In this document: positions 59,089 to 64,000 of the stretch, piece after piece | Layout: each line of letters opens with the position of its first letter | Position numbering within the stretch: the stretch's first letter is position 1 | Source: Rhizodiscina lignyota | Lineage: Eukaryota | Direction of reading: 5' to 3' | Assembly: GCA_010015805.1 (NCBI GenBank) | Contig: ML978127.1 | Location: 930,001 to 994,000, forward strand | DNA length: 64,000 nucleotides | Notes under the pieces: generated by a model | Told to the model about the DNA's origin: nothing | Databases searched by the model: none | Seen by the model: the letters and a program-made list of their open reading frames with translations, nothing else | Made by a program: the position numbers and the translations under genes

Positions 59089-62000
59089 CTACTCAGAATC
59101 GCTATCAATGATAAAGCCAGCCCTCACAGTCCTTCGTTGCGTACGAACAAGAACATCATCCTCATCATTGTCCCCCTCCGTTACAGTTTGCTGCGCAAAT
59201 GTGGATGAAGTGTCCGCAGGGCGAGTTTCCACCGGCTTGGTCTGTGGCTCTTGGTTTGTAGCGTTGGCATGCGGCGAGGACAACGGAGTATCGGTCATTT
59301 CTGCATCGCTATCATCATTGTCGATGCTAGCTTCGGCTGGCGATGATCGTCTGGCGACTCGACTTCCAATCAAGTCATCGTCATCGCTTGCATCAGTGTC
59401 GCTCGCAGAGCCCTCGATATCATCCTCCAAGGAAACTTTCTTTCTCTTCCTGTTGCCTTTAGCACCATCGGTAGACTTCCTTTTCTTCGTCGCCTTGCTG
59501 TTGACCTGAGCTTCACTCAGCGCCTTCAAAATGTTCTCTCGCGTCGCTTTTCGTATTTGCTCTTCCTTAGCGAAGAAGTCCTTATCCCTTTCGTCATCAT
59601 CTTCCTCGTCATCCGAGTCCACATAGAGCGTGCTCTTAATCTTCCTGAGGTTCTCCTTCTGTGTCTCTTCACGCGCTTTCCTCCGCCTCTCCTTCTCCTC
59701 ATCATCAAGTTCTTCGTCTCGCCGTTGAAGGCGCCTCCTCCTCTTTGGTGCATCATCTGTGCCATCTTCACCGTCTGGCTTGCGAGCTGTTGGGCCCCCT
59801 GCAGCAAACAGGAAGTCATCGCCACTTGAGCCTTCAGTATCGTCATCGTATTCGACTTTGCGCTTCCGCCGAAGATAGTCTTCGGCTGACTTGCCCTCCT
59901 CCAAATCAAATCCCAGACCATGGAATTCAGCGTGTTCAATCCATTGTCGACTCTCTTTGAGGGCGTCGGAGGTGATATTAGAAGGGATTATCCAAGATGC
60001 ATCTGCATCATCCTCAACCCCCAGCCTCATGAAGCCGACAAGGGTCATCAAGAGACGCAGCTTGTTGTTTTTGAACATAGCTTTCTTAATATCATCATCG
60101 TCCGGTTTGGCAACTAGGTCATAGAATTAGCGGTGCACTCCGCGGCCGGTAAGCCTTTAATGAACTTACGAATGGAGGGGGCCGTTGCTTTGTCGACACC
60201 ATTAGATGCCTGTAATTCTCCAGAACCAGCGGTCTCCCTATCCTCATTCGAATTCTCTTGGGTGACTTTCCGAGTCTCTGAATCTTCCCAGGCTTTTCGC
60301 TCTTCAGCTGCGGACCCAAGAACTCCTTTCAGCCAGCCTAAGAGGTCGAATTTGGCCTCAAGTACCAATACTGTCACAACAACAGCGATCTGGTCTTTGA
60401 GAGCAAGGCCTGGCTTAACTTCCAAATCTGCCGGCGGCCGCGGTGGCCTCTTGACCACTTCCTTGTCGTATCCATGTTCAAGATAGAACATTGTAGCGTT
60501 GATCTTGCTAAAGAGCATCTCCACAATGAGTTCAGGTCGCTCTTGGACTTTCTTTATCGCCTGGCGAAACAAATGACGGATAAGCTCCTCCCACTCTTTG
60601 AAGCTTGGTGAATCTGGGTCGAGACCACCAGGTCCTTTGATCATCTTGTAGAAAAGGTGAAGTATGTCCACCCTATATAAACTGATTGGAATCTCCATCT
60701 TGAACGCAACGCGATGGAAATATCGATGAGCGCGCTTCAACTGTTCGGCCGAGAGGTCATTGTAGTAGGTTGTGAGAGCCACGAAAGTATTGATGCACTG
60801 CTGTGTAGTGAACTTTGCAGCAAACCGATGGAAGTCAAACTTGCGCTCCGAAACTGTTCTTTGTGCCTCATGGAGATCCTCTTGGTCTTCTGCAGCGGCG
60901 TTGCCTTCCCCTTCCGTGCCATCCGTAGCCTTTTGTTTTCGCCTGGCTCGTCGCCGTGACCGTATTTGCAAATCGACGTTTTGCTTGGAATACCGTTCGA
61001 GCATACGCAAGAAAACATGTGCCATTTCCGTACAAGCATCCAGATAACCGAAACCTTGGTCTTTGTAACTTCGGAGAATAGTGATGATACGGTCATGGGT
61101 CGTCTCTTCGTAGAATATGCGATTCTGGATATTTTCTGCAATGTCTTGATCATCTTCCAGTGGAGAGTCCGCCATTTCTTGAATCGTCAGAAGAATCTGC
61201 GTGAAACACTTCATTCCAGCATTGAGGTCATTCCAATTCTTGTCATCTTGGCTGCGCTGCATGAAGCGATTCAAGAGAACGAAAGCTGATTGAGTCAAAG
61301 CGCTTGCTATCAAGGCGAAGCTTTCATCTTCAACATTTGCAGCCCTGGAGCCCTTCTTGTTCTTCGTGGCTTTCCGTCGAGCGCACTCAGCCTTAAGAAA
61401 CCAGGAGATGAGGTAAAAGTATTGCATGGTATTGGCCGCTATCACACGGTCTGCTTCGCGTTCGATTGTTTTCCGGAGATACCCGAATAGAGGGTTGAAG
61501 GATGAGTCGAGGAAATCCTCGACGAATGAACGAAGATGGTTGCGAGCGCGCTGACTAAGGGGAATGGAAACGTCGAACTCGTCTGTTGGTGCTTCCTCGG
61601 GGCGCTTGCCGCGATACTTCGGCCTGTTCCACTTCTTCGACTTGTCCATATGTACGAGGCTGCGTTGGTCATTCCCAAGGAAATCCTGACCGGACACCGT
61701 CGAGACACGGTCGTCACCGCGTTTGACCCATACCATTGTCCCAAACCTGTTGTGGCGACTTGGCGCATGTCGTGCATACCCAGACAGCATCGACTTTTCT
61801 TTCTGGATCAGGCCTTTAAGCTCATCGGTATTAGCGCTCGCGAGGTGCTTCTCTTCCATGAAAAGCTTCTCGGGATCAATGCCTTTTAGCACATGGAACA
61901 GGATCTCTAAGATGAGAACGTCTTGTACATCAAACTCTTCGCCCATGCTTGAAGCAATCGTCAGGAGTAGTTGGAAGATGTCTTGTGTATGGAACGCCTC

Positions 62001-62736
62001 AATCAGCGTAGAGCGTGAGATGTCGCTTTCGTCCCCATCGACGGGTAAATTACGGGGCTGTTCGATCATGGCAATGTTTCGTAGTGCGAACAAGACAATT
62101 CGGATAATGCCTTCGTCCCGTGGGCTCCGTTCATTTCTGGCTTCAGCCATTGCGGGCAGACCAATGCGCACAATTGTCCGTAATATCCGTTCGGAATCAT
62201 GCTGGAGAATCGCTCGCTTGTATTTGACCTGTGCCAGTTGCAGGTACGGCATATGTTTATGGTTGTGCACCGTCATCTTTGTATCGTCCTTCTGGACCGG
62301 CCATGTTAAAGGTACAAGCAGTTCCACTGCCATAATTAGCATGGTTGGTCAACGAAGTCGGGGACACCACTTACAACAAGCAGCCGCAATCTTGTAGCGC
62401 ATGCCCTGTCCTTCGTCTGTCTCTGGCCATGAGGCCAGAATCTCCAACAAGTCCTTGCAAACGAGATCCGCCTCGGCCAAAGCACGCGCAACATCGTGGC
62501 GGTTATAGCTGTCATCGTGTAGTTTCAACCAGCGCTTGATATCTTTCAAACATGCCAGAGCATCGTCTCCGAGCACATAACGACCATCGTACTCTGCGCT
62601 TGAACCTCCGAGCTGCGTCAATTAGTATGGTTGAAATAGTTGAGACTATTGTAGGACTTACTGCGGAAACAAGACTATTGACGTGCGCTCGAACTTCCGG
62701 GTGCACAGTGGGCTGCACCCACTCGTCTATGTTCAT
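59089..62736 (-). CDS. tof1: Replication fork protection complex subunit Tof1/Swi1/Timeless, multi-exon
   Basis: VHPEVRAHVNSLVSA|LGG..YVLGDDALACLKDIKRWLKL; ELLVPLTWP; SRHNRFGT; FLDSSFN; AENIQNRIFYEE; MFKNNKLRLLM; acidic tail. Confidence 0.93.
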
Positions 62737-62792
62737 TTTCGTTGTCAGTTGGCGACTTGATGAAGCATGATGTTAAAGGGTTATTAGCAGTA

Positions 62793-62818
62793 ACGCGGGA
62801 AGACGCGACACGACGCGT
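62793..62818. promoter_or_regulatory. Cluster of MCB (ACGCG/ACGCGT) elements upstream of tof1
   Basis: ACGCG at 62793 and 62803, ACGCGT at 62813, ~60-80 bp upstream of the tof1 ATG; MBF regulation of S-phase genes is established in yeasts. Confidence 0.6.
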
Positions 62819-63025
62819 TGACGTGACCCGCACCGCGCCCGCGCCGCAGGGCTGAGCTAAAGTCCGGGACACTCTGTGCTGACCGTGCATTTTACATCAT
62901 CTGTCCCATGTGACGATGACCTCGGCGTTCTCTTCAGCTTTGCCGATGTTAAGCGTCACCAAAATATAAGTTTGATGACCGACGCAAGTGAGCTTTTCTC
63001 TTTGCATCTCTTGTAGCGCTTCAAG

Positions 63026-64000
63026 ATGTTTGCCAGAAAAGCGCAACCTACGCTTGCGCGATGTGCGCAATGCGTTCGATCCCGCCAATTTAGCTCTACA
63101 TCGCTCAGAGCTGCCGCTGAGGTGAAGAAGCTTGGAGTCCTGGGAGCTGGACAGATGGTGTGCTCCAAAGAACGCTCATCTCCTACCTCCAATTGATCAA
63201 GTACAGGGCCTTGGGATTGCTCTAGTAGCCGCACAAAGAGCTAAAGTTCCCGTCCGACTCATCGACACCCAACAAGCGTCTTTGGACAAAGGCCTAAAGT
63301 TCAGGGACAGGCTGTTGGAGAAGGATGTCTCGAAAGAGCGGATATCAAAAGACGACGCAGAAGCAGTGAGGCAGCGGTTTACACCCAGCACGAACTTGGA
63401 TGACCTTTCAGACGTCGACTTTGTCATCGAGGCCGTTCCTGTATGTTTTCGCGACGGCCACTGCAGATAGATCAAATGGAAAGGCTCATACACGATGTCA
63501 CAGGAAATCCCGGACCTCAAGGCCAAGATTTTCTCTCAGCTCGCGAAGATATGCCCTTCTCATGCCATCCTTGCAACAAATACGTCGTCGATTAGCATTA
63601 CCAAGATTGCCGCCGCAACCACCGCCGACCCGACCGACCTCTCCGCCCCTTCACGAGTCATCTCCACACACTTCATGAACCCGGTTCCGATACAAAAGGG
63701 TGTTGAGATAATCACCGGCCTCCAAACCTCCGAGGCAACCATCGAGACGGCAATTGCATTCTGCAAGGCTATGGGAAAGATACCTTCGCGTAGTGCCGAC
63801 AGCCCTGGGTTTCTTGCAAACCGCATATTGATGCCATATATCAACGAAGCAATAATATGTCTTGAAACTGGCATCGGAGAGAAAGAGGATATAGACAATA
63901 TTATGAAGAACGGGACGAACGTGCCAATGGGGCCACTTCAGTTGGCAGACTTCATTGGCATCGACACTTGCTTAGCAATTATGAGAGTCTTGTATGGAGA
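63026..64000 (+). CDS. Mitochondrial 3-hydroxybutyryl/3-hydroxyacyl-CoA dehydrogenase, 3' truncated by the window end
   Basis: Presequence; LGVLGAGQM|GLGIA; DFVIEAVP|E; ILATNTSSISI; THFMNPVP; DSPGFLANRIL; PMGPLQLADFIGIDT. Confidence 0.93.

Overview
Gene-dense, intron-containing DNA from a filamentous ascomycete fungus (short GT-AG introns with CTAAC branch points; probably a Dothideomycete, by inference). About 30 protein-coding genes are supported. Housekeeping and cell-cycle genes: CRY-DASH (partial), Dbf2/Sid2 kinase, Hsp12-family protein, MPC2, complex I subunit NDUFA2, Fat1-like acyl-CoA synthetase, DASH subunit Hsk3, ATP7, TFB2, TOF1 and 3-hydroxyacyl-CoA dehydrogenase (partial). Accessory genes: a tandem GH16 + GT2 pair, a GPI-type PEBP protein, an ankyrin protein, an Sng1-like protein, an amidohydrolase + TfdA-like dioxygenase + Dabb trio, and an F-box protein. 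Several small spliced genes are missed or fragmented in the ORF track. The main unexplained signals are: (1) a ~520-nt, heavily base-paired intergenic segment (~7655-8175) ending in an Sm site that abuts a 5' splice site with a downstream branch point, like a fungal telomerase RNA 3' end but without a TTAGGG template; (2) a non-canonical ATAAGT..AG intron needed to express the PEBP/GPI gene; (3) an array of palindromic TTGGACGTCCAA motifs at ~40 kb; (4) a frameshifted RING-finger pseudogene. No tRNA, rRNA, CRISPR array or intact transposon was recognised. All calls are by eye, with no database searches.
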